From Isurus oxyrinchus (lineage: Eukaryota), in NCBI GenBank assembly GCA_026770705.1, contig JANJGN010000013.1, positions 38,006,001 through 38,070,000 of the forward strand: 64,000 nt of DNA, given 5' to 3'. This document shows, in pieces, positions 1 through 12,529 of this stretch. The notes under the pieces were generated by a model. That model worked only from the letters and a program-made list of their open reading frames with translations. It did not search any database and was not told the origin of the DNA. The translations under genes and the position numbers were made by a program. Each line of letters opens with the position of its first letter. The first letter of the stretch is position 1.

Positions 1-11
1 TTTAACTCATT

Positions 12-690
12 GTCTCAGCATTCACAGTCATTTGAGGCAGAGGCAGGGATTGGTGGGGGAGGGGGGGGGGGGGGGGGGGTGGTGGTGGCGGGACCTGCTC
101 GCCAAAACATAAAATGACGCGGGATGACGTCGGGTGGAACTCCCGATGTCACCCTGCATCATTTTAATTCTCAGGTCAGCGCGGGCACGGCCAAATCAGC
201 TGTGTGCCCGCCAACCTGTCAACGGCCTATTGAGGCCAGTAAAAAAGTAATGGACCTGCCTGCACAACCTTAAGGTTGGCAGGCAGACCGGGAGCCCTGG
301 CGAGCTTCAGAAAAGGCATGAAACCTCATCCACAGGCGAGGTGAGGTTTCATGAGAGTTTGTAAAGTTTTAATAAATGTATGCTTTAAAGTGATGGGCAT
401 GTCCCAACTCATGTGACAGTGTCACATGAGGGGACATGTCAGGGAAATTTTATTTTTGCACCTTCACCATTTTTAAATTTGGCGCCGATCTCCCTGAGGC
501 AGCACTTAGCCTCAGGGAGACGAGTGCGTTTTTTCGTGCGCATGCGCAAAAGAGCCCACTCTTGGGTTTAGGGATCCCCCCTGCCCATAGCGCTTCCTGG
601 CTGATGTCACACTGGGCTGGCCTTAATTGACCCGCCCAGATAAAATGGCAGCACACCCCCAATCGGTCCCGCTCCTGCACAACTGCAGTG
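12..690 (+). mobile_element. Palindrome-rich Harbinger-type MITE copy (ends degraded, poly-G expansion)
   Basis: Shares internal hairpins (catgaaacctcatcc..ggtgaggtttcatg, catgtgacagtgtcacatg, ctccctgaggc..gcctcagggag, aaccttaaggtt) with the TIR/TSD-defined copies at 19272, 21226, 28501 and 34658. Confidence 0.75.
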
Positions 691-766
691 TGTATTTCTA
701 TTACTCTGTGTGTGAAAAAGTGCTTCCCCATGATTTTGCTCCTGAATGCCCCGGCTATAATTTTAG

Positions 767-3530
767 ACATAAGACCATAAAACATAGGAGCAGAAGTAGG
801 CCATTCAAGTCTGCTCTGCCATTCAATGAGATTATGGCTGATCTGATAATTCTCAACTCCACTTTCCTGCCTTTTCTCCATAACCCTTGATTCCCTTACT
901 GATTAAAAATCTGTCTATCTCAGCCTTGAATATACTTAATGACCCAGCCTCTACAGCCCTCTGTGGTAAAGAATTCCACAGATTAACTAACCTCTGAGAG
1001 AAGAAATTCCTCCTCATCTCTGTTTTAAATGGGCACCCCCTTACTCTGAGATTATGATCTCTGGTCCTAGACTCTTCCATAAGGGGAAACAACCTCTTAG
1101 CATCTACCCTATCAAGCACCCTAAGAATCTTATGTTTCAATAAGGTCGCCTCTCATTCTTCGAAATTCGAATGAGTTTAGGTCCAACCTATTCAATCTTT
1201 TCTCATAAAAAAATCCCTCCATACTGGGGATCAACCTAGTGAACCTTCTCTGGACTGCATCCAATGCCCAGTATATCTTTCCTTAGATAAGGGGACCAAA
1301 ACTGTTCACAGTATTCTAGGTGTGGTCTAACTAATGCCTTGCTATTGTTTTAGCAAGACTTCACTATTTTTATACTCTATCTCCTTTGAAATAAAGGCCA
1401 ACATTCCATTTGCCTCCCCTATTACCTGTTGAATTTATATGTTACCTTTTTGGGATTCATTCACAAGGACTCCCAAATCCCTCTGTGCTGCAGCCTTCTG
1501 CAGTCTTTCTCCATTTCAGTAATATTCAGCTCCTCTATTCTTCCTTCCAAGGTGCATAACTTCACATTTTCCCATATTACATTCTATCTGCCAAGTCTTT
1601 GCCCACTCACTTAACCTGTCTATATTCCTCTGTAGACTCTCTGTGTCATTTTCACCACTTGCCATCCCACCTATTTTTGTGTCATCCGTAAATTTGGCAA
1701 TAGTACATTCACTTCCCTCATCTAAGTCATTAATATATATTGTAAATAGTTGAGGCCCCAGCACTGATCCTTGTGGCACTCCACTAGTTACATGTTGCCA
1801 TTCTGAAAATGCCCCCATTGATCCCAACTCTATGTCTTCTATTAGTTGGCCAATCCTCTATCCATGCACCCCCCCACCCCCCCCCCCCAACACCATGGGC
1901 TCTTATCTTATTAAGTAGCCTTATGTGTGGTACCTTTTCAAATGCATTTTGGAAATCCATATATATTACATCTACTGGTTTTCCTTTATCTATCCTGCTT
2001 GTTACCTCCTCAAAGAATTCTAATACATTTGTTAGGCATGATTTCCCCTTCATCAAGCTGACTCTGCTTGATTAGATGATGTATTTCTAAATGCTCTGCT
2101 ATTACATCCTTTATAATGGATTCCAACATTTTCCCAATGACAGATGTTAAGCTAACTTGTCTATAGTTACCTGTTTTTTTGTCTCCCTCCCTTTTTGAAT
2201 AAAGGTGTTACATTGGCTGTTCTCCAATCCTCTGGGACTTTTCCAGAATCTGAGGATTCTTGGAAGATTACTATCAGTGCATCCACTATCTCTGTAGCTA
2301 CTTTCTTTTAATATCCTAGGATGCAACCCACCAGCTCCAGGGGACTTATTGGCCTTTAACCCCATTAATTTCCTTAGTACTTTTTCTCTAGTGATAGTTA
2401 TTGTATTTATTTCTGCTCCCAACCCCACTTTTGCCTCTTGATTATTTAGTATTTTTGGAATGCTATTAGTATCTTCCACCATGAAGACTGAGGCAAAGTA
2501 TTTATTCAACTTCTTTGCCATTTCCTGCTTCCTCATTACTATTTCCCCAGCTTCATTCTCTAAGGAGCCTGTGTTCACTTTGGCCTCTCTCTTCCTTTTT
2601 ATATATTTAAAGAAGTTTTTACTGTCTGTTTTTATATTACTTGCTAGTTTACCCTCAAAGTTTATTTTCTCCTTTTTTTGGTCATCTTTTGTTGGTTTTT
2701 AAAACTTTCCCAATCCTCTGGCTTATCACTAATCTTTGCCACATTGTATGTCTTTTCTTTCAATTTGATACTGTCCTTAACTTCCTTGATTATCCATGGT
2801 TGGTTTATCCCCTTCCTTGAATCCTTCTTCCTCACTGGGATATATCTTTGTTGAGAATCTTTAAAATATTTTCTTAAATATCTGCCATTGTTAATCAATC
2901 TTCTTTTCTGCTAAACTGTTTTCCCAGTCTACCCCAGCCAACTCTGCCCTCATTCTATTGTAATTACCCTTATTTAAGTTTAGCACAATTGTTTCTGACC
3001 CAAATTTCTCACTCTCACACTGAACGCTAAATTCTACCATATTGTGGTCACTGTTTCCTAGGGGATCCTTTATTCTGAGATCATTTAGTAAACCTGCCTC
3101 ATTACACATTATCAGATCCAAAATAGCTTAACCCTCATTGGATTCACAACATATTATTCTAAGAAACTCCTGAATACAGTCTATGAATTCTTGCTTGTGT
3201 CTACTTCTGCCAATTTGATTTTCCCAATCTACATGAAGATCACCCATGGTTAATATACTGCCTTTTTTACATGTCCTCTTTATCTCCTGATTTATTCTCT
3301 GTCCTACAGTATAGCTACTGTTAGGGGGCCTATATACTATTCCCACCAGTGTCTTCTTCCCATTGCTATTTCTTATCTCCACCCATTTGGATTATTCTAA
3401 ATTTTCCAATCCAAGATCTTTTCTTGTAATTGTACTTATTCCATCTCGTACTAACAAAGCTAGCCCACCATTCTTTCCTTCCTGCCTCCGGCCTGCCCCT
3501 TCAAAAAGCCACATGCCCCTGAATATTTAA
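767..3530 (-). mobile_element. CR1 LINE, 5'-truncated, decayed ORF2 (APE + RT) with 3' tail
   Basis: ORF fragments GIVYRPP, DPLGNSDHN, KSCLTN..YMDFQNAF, GVPQGSVLGP..KFTDDTK, NFFSQRLVNLWNSLP; tail repeat acataag/acatagg at 767-790. Confidence 0.9.
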
Positions 3531-3599
3531 TTTCTGGTATTGTCCCTTTGTTCTGAATTTTCCCACAGGAAGAAATAGCTTTTCTGTATCTATGCTGTC

Positions 3600-3892
3600 T
3601 AGTTTGGTTGGACTTACGGACTCAGGTTGCATGTTCATTGCGGGATGGCCAAATTGATATCATAGACAGAGTAGATCAGCAGACAGTTCTTAGGTAGAAT
3701 ACATTCTATTTATTTAGAAAGGAACGCGGCAGCTACACATGTGCTTTTTCAACTTAAACCCTGTCTCTACATTACAGGCTCTAACTATAGACCACTGAGG
3801 TAGCCCATACTACTCTGCTATTGGATACTAAAATCATGTGATCTTCCATTATAACATTTTCTTCATGGTATATTATACATCAGATTACCACA
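3600..3892 (-). repeat. 3' LTR of the Gypsy element
   Basis: Similar to 7836-8136; adjacent polypurine tract (tccctctcccttt on +, 3893-3905). Confidence 0.85.
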
Positions 3893-6800
3893 TCCCTCTC
3901 CCTTTACTCTGAAATATATTTTACAGTTACGAGTAAAATTTTTCTCAAAATATCAAATTACTTATAGAGTTAAGTAATTTACAAATTCAGTCTTTCTGAG
4001 GGATTCCTTGTGCATATAGAAGATCCCAGGTTTACAGTTTCAGATGCTTTGTCAGGAGCCTCCTTTTCTCAAGTTGCCTGGACTCCAATTTCTTTGGTGG
4101 GTACTTGCAAATCTGTTTCCTCAACTCTTGCAGGTACAGCCAACCCTTCAGGCACATCTGTACTCGGTTGAGTTCTCTCAACAGGTAACATTGACTCAGT
4201 CGTGAACATTGGTTGTATCATTTCTTGGTACTTTGTTCCTCCCCTCCTAACATGATCCACATGTCTCCATAGAACTCAGTCTTCCACTTTCATGTGGTAT
4301 AAAAGTCCAGTCACTGCATTTATTTCACCTGATAACCACTTGGGCCCTTCTCCACAATTTTTCATATATAACGTCTCTGCTACAGTAAAATTTCTGTCAT
4401 GACTGTGCCAGTCACGTCCAGTTTTCTGACTTCCCTGACTCCTTTCCACCTTCCCCCCCACCCCTGCTCCCTCCTCGCTAAATTTGGCATTATTAAGTGC
4501 AATCTCATCCTGAGACGGCGTTTCATCAATAATTCCGCCTGTTGTTGTGGGAGGGGTAGTCCTATAATAGAAAAGAAAACGTGTCAGCGTGGTTGCTATG
4601 GAATCTCCAGTTAATTTCTTCATGCCAGCCTTGAATGTTTGAGCTGCTCTCTTGGCCAGTCCATTTGAGGTAGGGTGGTCCGGTAAAGTTTTTACATGAG
4701 AGATGCCGTTGAGATTCAGCACTCGTCAATGCCATGCCATTATCTGATATGACCACTTCTGACAGTCTATTGATAGCGAAACTTGGACGTAGCTTGTGAA
4801 TTGTAGCAGAAGATGTTGATGACTTCACCTCATATATGTCCATCCATTTTGAGTGTGCGTCAACAATAAGCAAAAACATTGTTCCTACAAAAGGTCCCAA
4901 ATAGTCAATGTGTAATTGCACCCGCGGCCTTCCTGGCCACTCCCAAGGGTGTAACGGAGCTGTTGGAGATAACCTTTGCACTTGCTGACACTGCATACAA
5001 ATCTTCACTAAGCTCTCTATTTCTCCATCCATTCCAGGCCACCATAGACAGCTGTGTGCTTTAGTCTTCATTCGGGAAATTCTTGGATGTGCACTGTGTA
5101 GTTCAGATAACAATGGCTTTCGTCATTTTAGAGAACAACCACTCATACTCCCCACAATAAGATACCCTCCTGGCTGGTTATTTCATATATTCTGTGAAAG
5201 TACAGTTTCATTTCATCGGATTCCTGCTCTTGTGACCAACAATGAAGAACTTGCTCACGTACTGTGGATAAGACTGTGTCTCGACTTGTCTAATCTCTGA
5301 TCTGTCTAGCACAAAACAGTGTTAAATCTAAGAAGTTCAATAATAAAATGAATTTGTGAAAGGCTGGAACATCCTCATCATTTTCTTGCAAAGACTAAGC
5401 GCATCAGCGTTTGCAATTTGATTTCCAGGTCTATGGATGAAAGTATACTCATACGCTGCCAAGATCAATGCCCATCTTTGTATGCTTGCTGAGGCTGTGG
5501 ATGGTGTAGCCTTGTCCTCACTGAGCAATCTTAGCAATGGCTTGTGGTCTGAAATGATAGTAAAATGGTGGCTGTGTATGTACTGGTGAAATTTCTTGAC
5601 ACTAAAGATGATGGGACAGGCCTCCTTTTTTTAATTGCAAGTATCCCTTTTCCTCTGTGTTGAGCATTCTTGATATATATCCTATAGGCCGTTCTGAACC
5701 ATTCGTCCATTCAATGGGAAAGCATTGCTCCCACTCCATATAGAGATGCATCACATATCAATACCAACTCTTTTCTCTGGTCAAAATGTACCAATAGGGT
5801 AGATGAGTGCAACAATTGTTGCACCTTTGTGAAAGCTTCTTTCTATGGTGTTTGTTGGTTTTCTTGAATAGGTTATACATGGGTGCCAGTTCTGCCCACA
5901 AATGAAGTAAGAAGCACCCATAGTAACTGATCATCCCCAAGACTGATTTGATCTCAGGGCTGTTCTTTGGCATTGGTGCCTCTCTAAATGGCTCTCACTT
6001 TTTCCTCAGCTGGGTGGAGGCCCTGTAAATCTACCCTGTGACCGAATTAGACTACCTCTTTCGCTTGAAATGTGCACTTTTCTTTTTTTTAATGCTCTCC
6101 AACCTGTGAGAAATGTTTTAAAACTTCTTCTGAGTTTGCCAAATGCTCCTTTTCAGTGAGTCCTTTCACTAGAACATCATCTAAATAAACTACAATGTAG
6201 GGCAGTCCCTGCAGTAAACTTTCCATTGTTCTCTGGAATATGGCACAATGAAAGGCAAACGGGTACTGGTACAATTCTTTATGTGTATTAATTGTGACAA
6301 ATTTCTGGGAGGCCTTCTCTAACTCCAATTGTTGATAAACATGATTCATATCAAGCTTCGTGTAGGCGGTTCCATCTGCTAGCTTGGCATACAGGTCTTC
6401 AATTTTTGGTGTAGGGTATCTGTTCAACTTCACCACTTTAATAACTGTCAATTTGTGGTCTCCACAAATTCGAACGCTTTGGTCGGGTTTAAGGATGGGG
6501 ACTATTGGTGCTGTCCGTTTCGAGAACTGCACAGGCTGTATAACGCCCACTTTCTCTAATCTATCCAGTTCAGCGTTGACCTTATCCCGCATTGCGTAAG
6601 GTACCGGTCTCGCTTTCATGAATCGAGGGGTTGCCTCTGGATCCATATGAATTTTTGCTTGCAGCCCCTGGATCTCCCCAAGTTTGTCCTTGAAGACAGG
6701 TGTATTTTTATAGTAGCTCTGGTAGCCCACTGGATCTCAGCTGGAAAATTTCAGCCTATTCCAATTTAATTTCCTTCAGCCAGTTTCATCCAAGGAGGCT

Positions 6801-7824
6801 TGGCTTCTTGCCTGTTACCGCCATCAAGGGTAGTTTTACCGATTGGCTTCCATATTGTACAGTAACCTTGCTTATTCCTTTGACTTTGATGTCTTCTCCT
6901 TCATAAGTTTTCATTTTGGCATCTGTCCCTTCCAAATTTAATTTACGTTCCCCATAATTCAAATATTTGAAAGTACGTTCACCAATTACCATAGTGGAAG
7001 CTCCTGTGTCCACCTCCATTTTAATAGGTCTATCGTTCACTTCACTGTTACATAGATTGGTTCTGTTCTCCCCACCTTCAAATTATATAATGAATAAATA
7101 TCTGAATCTGTTACTTCAGGCACTTCTATGTTGTGGATCTCATGGGATATTTTCTTTTGTGTGAAAGTCTTAAAATCCAAATTTGTTTCGGATAGTAATC
7201 TCTTCTGAATCGTATCTTCATTTACAGAGCACACCAAATTATCTCTATGCATATCATTTATAGATGTATCAAACTCATGATGTTCTGTTAACTATTTAAG
7301 ACTTGCCACATAACAAGCAGCTGTCTTCCCCTGAGGCTCTATTTCTTGAGTTAAATTTGAACTGTTGTGTCATTACCAAGGGCTTTGGCTGGTAATGACT
7401 ATTTATGAGGTCCACTAAATCATAAAAACTCTCCGAATCTGGGGCACTGGATGCTGTCAAACTTCGAATCAATCCATAGGTCTTAGTCCTACAAATGGAT
7501 AGAGGATTCTTCACCTCTTCTCATCCCCCGCCAAAGTTGTTTGCTTGGAAAAAGAACGTGAGGCATTCAATATAATGAGACCAACCATCTGTCGCTGGAA
7601 CAAAAGGATCAATTCTTCCAAATTGCAGCATACTTTGAGGGGATTGCTTCGATGATTAGGACAGAAATTCTACTTACAATTACTGTGTGAGGTATGGCCC
7701 GATGTTGATTCTCTTGATTTCCTTCATTAACTTGATTTAGTCTCAAAACCAGCTTATTGTATCTTCGCTTTTTTCTCACCCTTGGTTGCTTTATCTTGCT
7801 TTTTCCTCATCGACAGTTTGTTCG

Positions 7825-7837
7825 ATCCTAGTCACTA
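7825..7837 (-). promoter_or_regulatory. Degenerate primer-binding site, tRNA-Ser(GCU)-like
   Basis: Minus strand tagtgactaggat resembles TGGCGACGAGGAT immediately after the 5' LTR. Confidence 0.55.
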
Positions 7838-8136
7838 ATTTGGTTGGACTTACAGAACCAGGTTGCACACTTCTTTCGGGATGGCCGAGTTGGTACCATA
7901 GACAGAGTAGATCAGCAGACAGATCTTAGGTAGAACATATTCTATTTATTTACAAAGGAACTCAGCAGATACACATGTGTGCTTTCACCTCAAACCCTGT
8001 CTTTACATTACAGGCTCTAATTATAGAATACTGACGACAGAAGTAGCTCACGCTACTCTGCTATTTGGTACACAGATAATGTGATTTTCCATTATAATAT
8101 TTTTCTTAAAGGTATATTTCACTTCAGAATACCACA
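7836..8136 (-). repeat. 5' LTR of the Gypsy element
   Basis: Similar to 3600-3892; followed on the minus strand by a PBS-like sequence. Confidence 0.85.
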
Positions 8137-8289
8137 CTATCAAATCCTTTTAACATCTTAAGCACCTCGATTATCACTCCTGAATCTTCTTTGTGCAAGA
8201 GAATACAAGTTAAATTTACGCGACCTGTTCTCATAATTTAATCCCTTCATACGTGAACAAAGCTGACTCTGGAGGGGTCAAAGACATGG

Positions 8290-8750
8290 ATGGGAATTTA
8301 AGCATTAAATTAGCTGAGCAGGGGCAGAGGCAGATAATGTTATAGAGATGTAGCACATGAATCTTTGTGTTGGAGGAGATATGGTGTCTGAAACTTAGTT
8401 TGGGGTCCATTCGGCCTATCCAGCATGTGTTGGCTCTGTGGAAGAACTGTCCAGTTAGTCCCGGCCCCTTTCTCCATAACTTTGTTTAATAGGATGTTGC
8501 AGTTGTGAACGTTCTGGTTCAACCTGATACAGCAGCTTCAAAGAAGTTTGAATCAGTGGCAAGGGTACAGAGATTGGAGCGTGGACCTAAAATAATCACT
8601 TCAGTTTTGTCAATATTTACCTGGAGGAAATTGCAGGTCATTCAAGTCTGGACTTTAGACAAGCAGCATGGCAACACTAGGCAATGGAGAAGTGGAAACT
8701 AGTAAGGGTGGGGAGGTCCAGCTGTGTATTGTCAGTGTACAACAAATAAC
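8290..8750 (-). mobile_element. Old L2-like LINE RT fragment (interrupted by a short CR1 3' piece ~8405-8480)
   Basis: Minus strand encodes YTDNTQL (YADDTQL-like) near 8715-8740. Confidence 0.55.
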
Positions 8751-8811
8751 CTGAACAATGTGGCAATACTAAACCAAGCTTCGGACCAGGCTAATGCAAA
8801 TGCCAGCAGAA

Positions 8812-8960
8812 CTTTTTTTTAATTGATTCATGAGATGTGGGCTTCGCTGACTGTACTAGCATTTATTGCCCATCCCTAGTCGCCCTTGAGAGGGTGGTAG
8901 TGAGCTGCCTTCTTGAATCACTGCTGTCCATGTGGTGTAGGTACACCCACAGTGCTGTTG
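8812..8960 (-). mobile_element. HER1-type LINE 3' end fragment
   Basis: Reverse complement of the tail at 45690-45790 and 44430-44495 (agcatttattgcccatccct). Confidence 0.7.
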
Positions 8961-10790
8961 ATACCCGCAGTTCTGCAGGCATCAACAATCTCCATGACCT
9001 CGAGTACATACATATAGGATTAAAGATGGCTTAAGTCTACTTAGCCTGTATTTAAGTGGGCCCTGGAGATTGAAGAGTCCATTTCGAAAATCTTAACCAC
9101 TTCTTCAAAAACCTGTCACAGTTGTGCCAAACACTGACTATAAACAAAACCTTTCTCCAGAGCACTGCTATCGAAGCATACCGACCAGCTCCCATCAAAA
9201 GAAAGAAGAAAAGAAATCAAATCAAATTGGGTTGTTCACAATGCCAGTTAAAGAAGGCCAAGGCTGCTTTGGGCAAAACGAGTGATCTCGCCCCAATTTA
9301 TGTTCATTTTATGAAGTGTCTTTTCTTTCCTCAAGTGTGAAACCAAAACCACTGCAGATCACCAAACTCAAAATCTTCCATTAACCAGCACAAATCGGCA
9401 TTGTGTTAGAATATAATATTGTCAAAACCTTTCACAATAAAAAATATTCCTTGACAGGTTGAATAGTGGTAACCTGGTGCAGTTTCATTAATACAACTGA
9501 AAATGGGGTTTTGCCAAAAAATAAACATTTAAAATCAGCACTGAATCCCACTGTGAGTAACCTGAAATTAAACAACTGAAAATGACTTTTTAAAAAATCT
9601 ATAATAGAACAATTTGCCAGTTACATGGCTGTGTTATAGACAGTTTCTACGCAAAAAAAGTAAAAGCTTTTAGAATGTGCCAACTCATCTTTGCACCTGA
9701 AAAAATTAAGAGGTTCCTCCAAGCCCTGCAAACCGACGCAATGAGCAGAAACTCACAATGGTGGGGGCCTGGGGGCATGGTCACTTTTGCGGGCAAGACC
9801 ATCTTCGAGCTCAATGCTTTCAACTTGCACAATAATCTCGGTATACACTGAGTGTAATTTACACTTGAAATTTCTCAATCTTTTGTGCTGGTTTGGCTGA
9901 TTATCAGTTGAACTGCCTTGTGAAAAACTCTGTCTCGGGAATATCTGCATTATTAAAACTGGATAATTGCCAGCTAAAAATTCTGGAGCCTGAAGTGTGT
10001 CGGTGAAAACATCAGTTCTTCAGGTTGAATACCAGCCATTTCCATGTCCTGACCCATTGGTCAGTCAGCCTGGCCTTTGCTTTCGAGGTGAAATTATGGT
10101 GCAGCATTCAGCTATCCTCTAAAGTACTCAGACCCAGTTGCATTGGCTTTCCTGCCTAGCTGCTGCCTTATGACTGGAATGCTGCAGCATGTACTACTAC
10201 GTAAATGATCAATTAACTAACCCATTCCAAGATCAAGGGGATTCTTCATAGAGAGTCCAAATAAGGGAGCTAATCACATAGGATTAACTGCTTTAGCTGG
10301 GAGTCTATTCCACATATTCATTAAACTTGGAGGGGGGGGGTAAAATAAAATTCTACTAATCTCTAGTCTTGCTTGTGGCTTGTTAATTTTATGCTCAAGC
10401 ACTCCAGTTCTGCAAATAACTTGCTTACCCCTACAATATTGATGCCCCTCAGCATGATAAAGATGCAGATCATGTTCCCTCACTTTTGTTTGTATTACAG
10501 AGTGGATTTATCAGCAGCAAATTTAAACCAGCAGGCAAAAAACACAATAGTTGCAAGTCTGACTGTCCACAGTCCTTCCATTCTCCTCTGCTCTATTTTG
10601 GCAATGGGTTTCCTGTGTTAAGCTGCATAAATATGAAAGGGATGCCCCAAAGGTAGACTTTTACTTCATTTGGACCAATTGTTCTTTGCCTTTTTTGGAT
10701 TTAATGTATCCAAAGCGAATAATTAGATACAATTTGTACAACATTATCTATCGAGACACTTTCAGAGTGTGGGAGGGGACGCAGACACAA

Positions 10791-10932
10791 CCTAGTTCTG
10801 TTGAAGAGTCATGCGGACTCGAAACATTAACTGTGTTCCACTCCGCAGATGCTGTCAGACCTGCTGAGTTTTTCCAGGTATTTTTGTTTTTATTTTGGAT
10901 TTCCAGCAACCGCAGTTTTTTGCTTTTATCTT
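10791..10932 (+). mobile_element. Penelope-like element tail-only copy starting at the hammerhead
   Basis: Matches the PLE 3' tail (gatgctg..cagacctgctgagtttttccagg..ggatttccagca). Confidence 0.8.
10794..10832 (+). ncRNA. Minimal type-I hammerhead ribozyme-like motif (core CUGUUGA)
   Basis: AGTT-CTGTTGA-A-GAGTC-atgcg-GACTC-GAAA-CA-TT-AACT. Confidence 0.6.
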
Positions 10933-12529
10933 ACTTTGAATTCAGTGTGTTAAACAGAAATGAATAAAGTATCCTTTTAAGCCAAACTGAATTTTCTGGG
11001 TTGCTAAAATTCAACTCACAGCCTATAGCAAATATCACCAATGGCCATGAATGCTGTCACTGGGGTGCTATTTAAACTGGAACAGCTGGGTAGATCTAAG
11101 GAAACTACCAGAAGCACAATGTCGGCACTGTTGAGAGGTGCTGTACTTTATCACTTGCTTGTTTTGTCTGAAGAAATGCAGGAATTTAACACTCTAAACC
11201 AGCTCGGTAAAAATCAAAGGGGCCATCTCTCTGCCAAGCATCACTGAAATGTTCAACTCTGCCGTGAAGTTACGCTAGAAGCAACTTTTGACCTCTGTTT
11301 GAGTGAGTACTTTCAGCACTGGGCTAATGAGCAGGCTCAAGCACATATACGATTATCTCTGGCTCTTGCAGCCAGTTGGTTTCAGGTGATGTTCCTTTGA
11401 TACTGATAAGATTGAAGTTCATAAGCAGATCACACATTCTTCCCAGCACAAGTGGCTGAATAAGATGCAGGAACAGAACATTGGCTACAGAAATTTGAAA
11501 TCATCAGTCTTTATTCACAAGGGCACTTCTCCAAATTGTTGTACATAAATCCTCAAGATTCAATGGACATCTCCACAGTGTTCTTTGTGGAATGTTCTGG
11601 CCTTTGAAACAAAGTAGCCACTGTACCTAATTAGCCTAAAATAAAGATAACTCAATGATCCACAAACTAGACAGGATCTTAGAAAGATACCTGCTATAAA
11701 TCTAATCCTGACTAAAGCTGCACATTGTGAATTCAGTGAAAGGGCTGCATTTGAATTAGCTATTGGGTAATAAGCAACTTCGTTCTGAGCCACACGTTCG
11801 ACAAAATGGGGCAGAAATTGCTGGAATGGTGTATCGCCCAGCACTTTCTGCCCAGTATCAGTTGGAGATTGCCTGCTCGGTTCAAGCTTTCATAATACCA
11901 ACTTTAGTAACAATTCAAATATTTGTCATTATTTGTCACCCTGTGGTGCTTTCGTTACTTTTGTTAACATCCCATTTCTCACATTTGCGCGGCCTGGCCA
12001 CTATGCCAATAAAAAAAAAACTGTATTGCTGCAACTCCTCTGTGTTAGGTAAACTCACTGATGTTATTGAACACTTTGTTGATGTCCATTTATTGCAGAT
12101 GTTCTGAATCCCAATTCTCACTAACAAATAGCCACCTGGTGCCTGCTGTGCCAGGTGCCTTGTTCACACAAATCATTCTAGACAGATTCAATACACTCTG
12201 AACTTTTCATTATACCCAGGTGAACTGCTTACTTTGCTGGTAACATTTAAGTACAATCCTGGGCAGATGAATTAGAATCTCTCCCACACATGCTCCTGAT
12301 ATGCGTGGCTAATTCTCCGAGGCACGGGTTAATACCACCAATTAACTCTTCACTACAGTAGTACCAGTCTTGCCCATGCATGCCAATACCCTCCCACCAC
12401 TGTACAGGCCACTAAGACTCCATGGCATTGTAACCACCAGCACCATCCCTGCCTGAGTATGTCACCAGCAGGGCCACCAGGCTACTATGGGTTTGAGCCC
12501 TCATTAGGAAATATTAGGTGTTAAAAAGT

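Larger units (their letters stand above)
3600..8136 (-). mobile_element. Gypsy (Mag/K02A2.6-like) LTR retrotransposon, decayed, both LTRs present
   Basis: Gag start MLQFGRIDPF (ATG at 7631), protease VDTGAS, RT YLDD, RNase H, integrase H..C..C and IVDAHSKW fragments; direct LTRs; probable 5-bp TSD ctgtc (3595-3599)/ctatc (8137-8141) splitting a CR1 fragment. Confidence 0.92.

Noticed and set aside
436-890. Short ORFs over the MITE/CR1 junction, and similar short ORFs across the window
   Set aside because: They cross repeat boundaries or lack domain and splice support; chance ORFs.
9757-9847. Possible minus-strand exon (cag..gtgagt)
   Set aside because: No polypyrimidine tract, no recognisable peptide and no partner exons.
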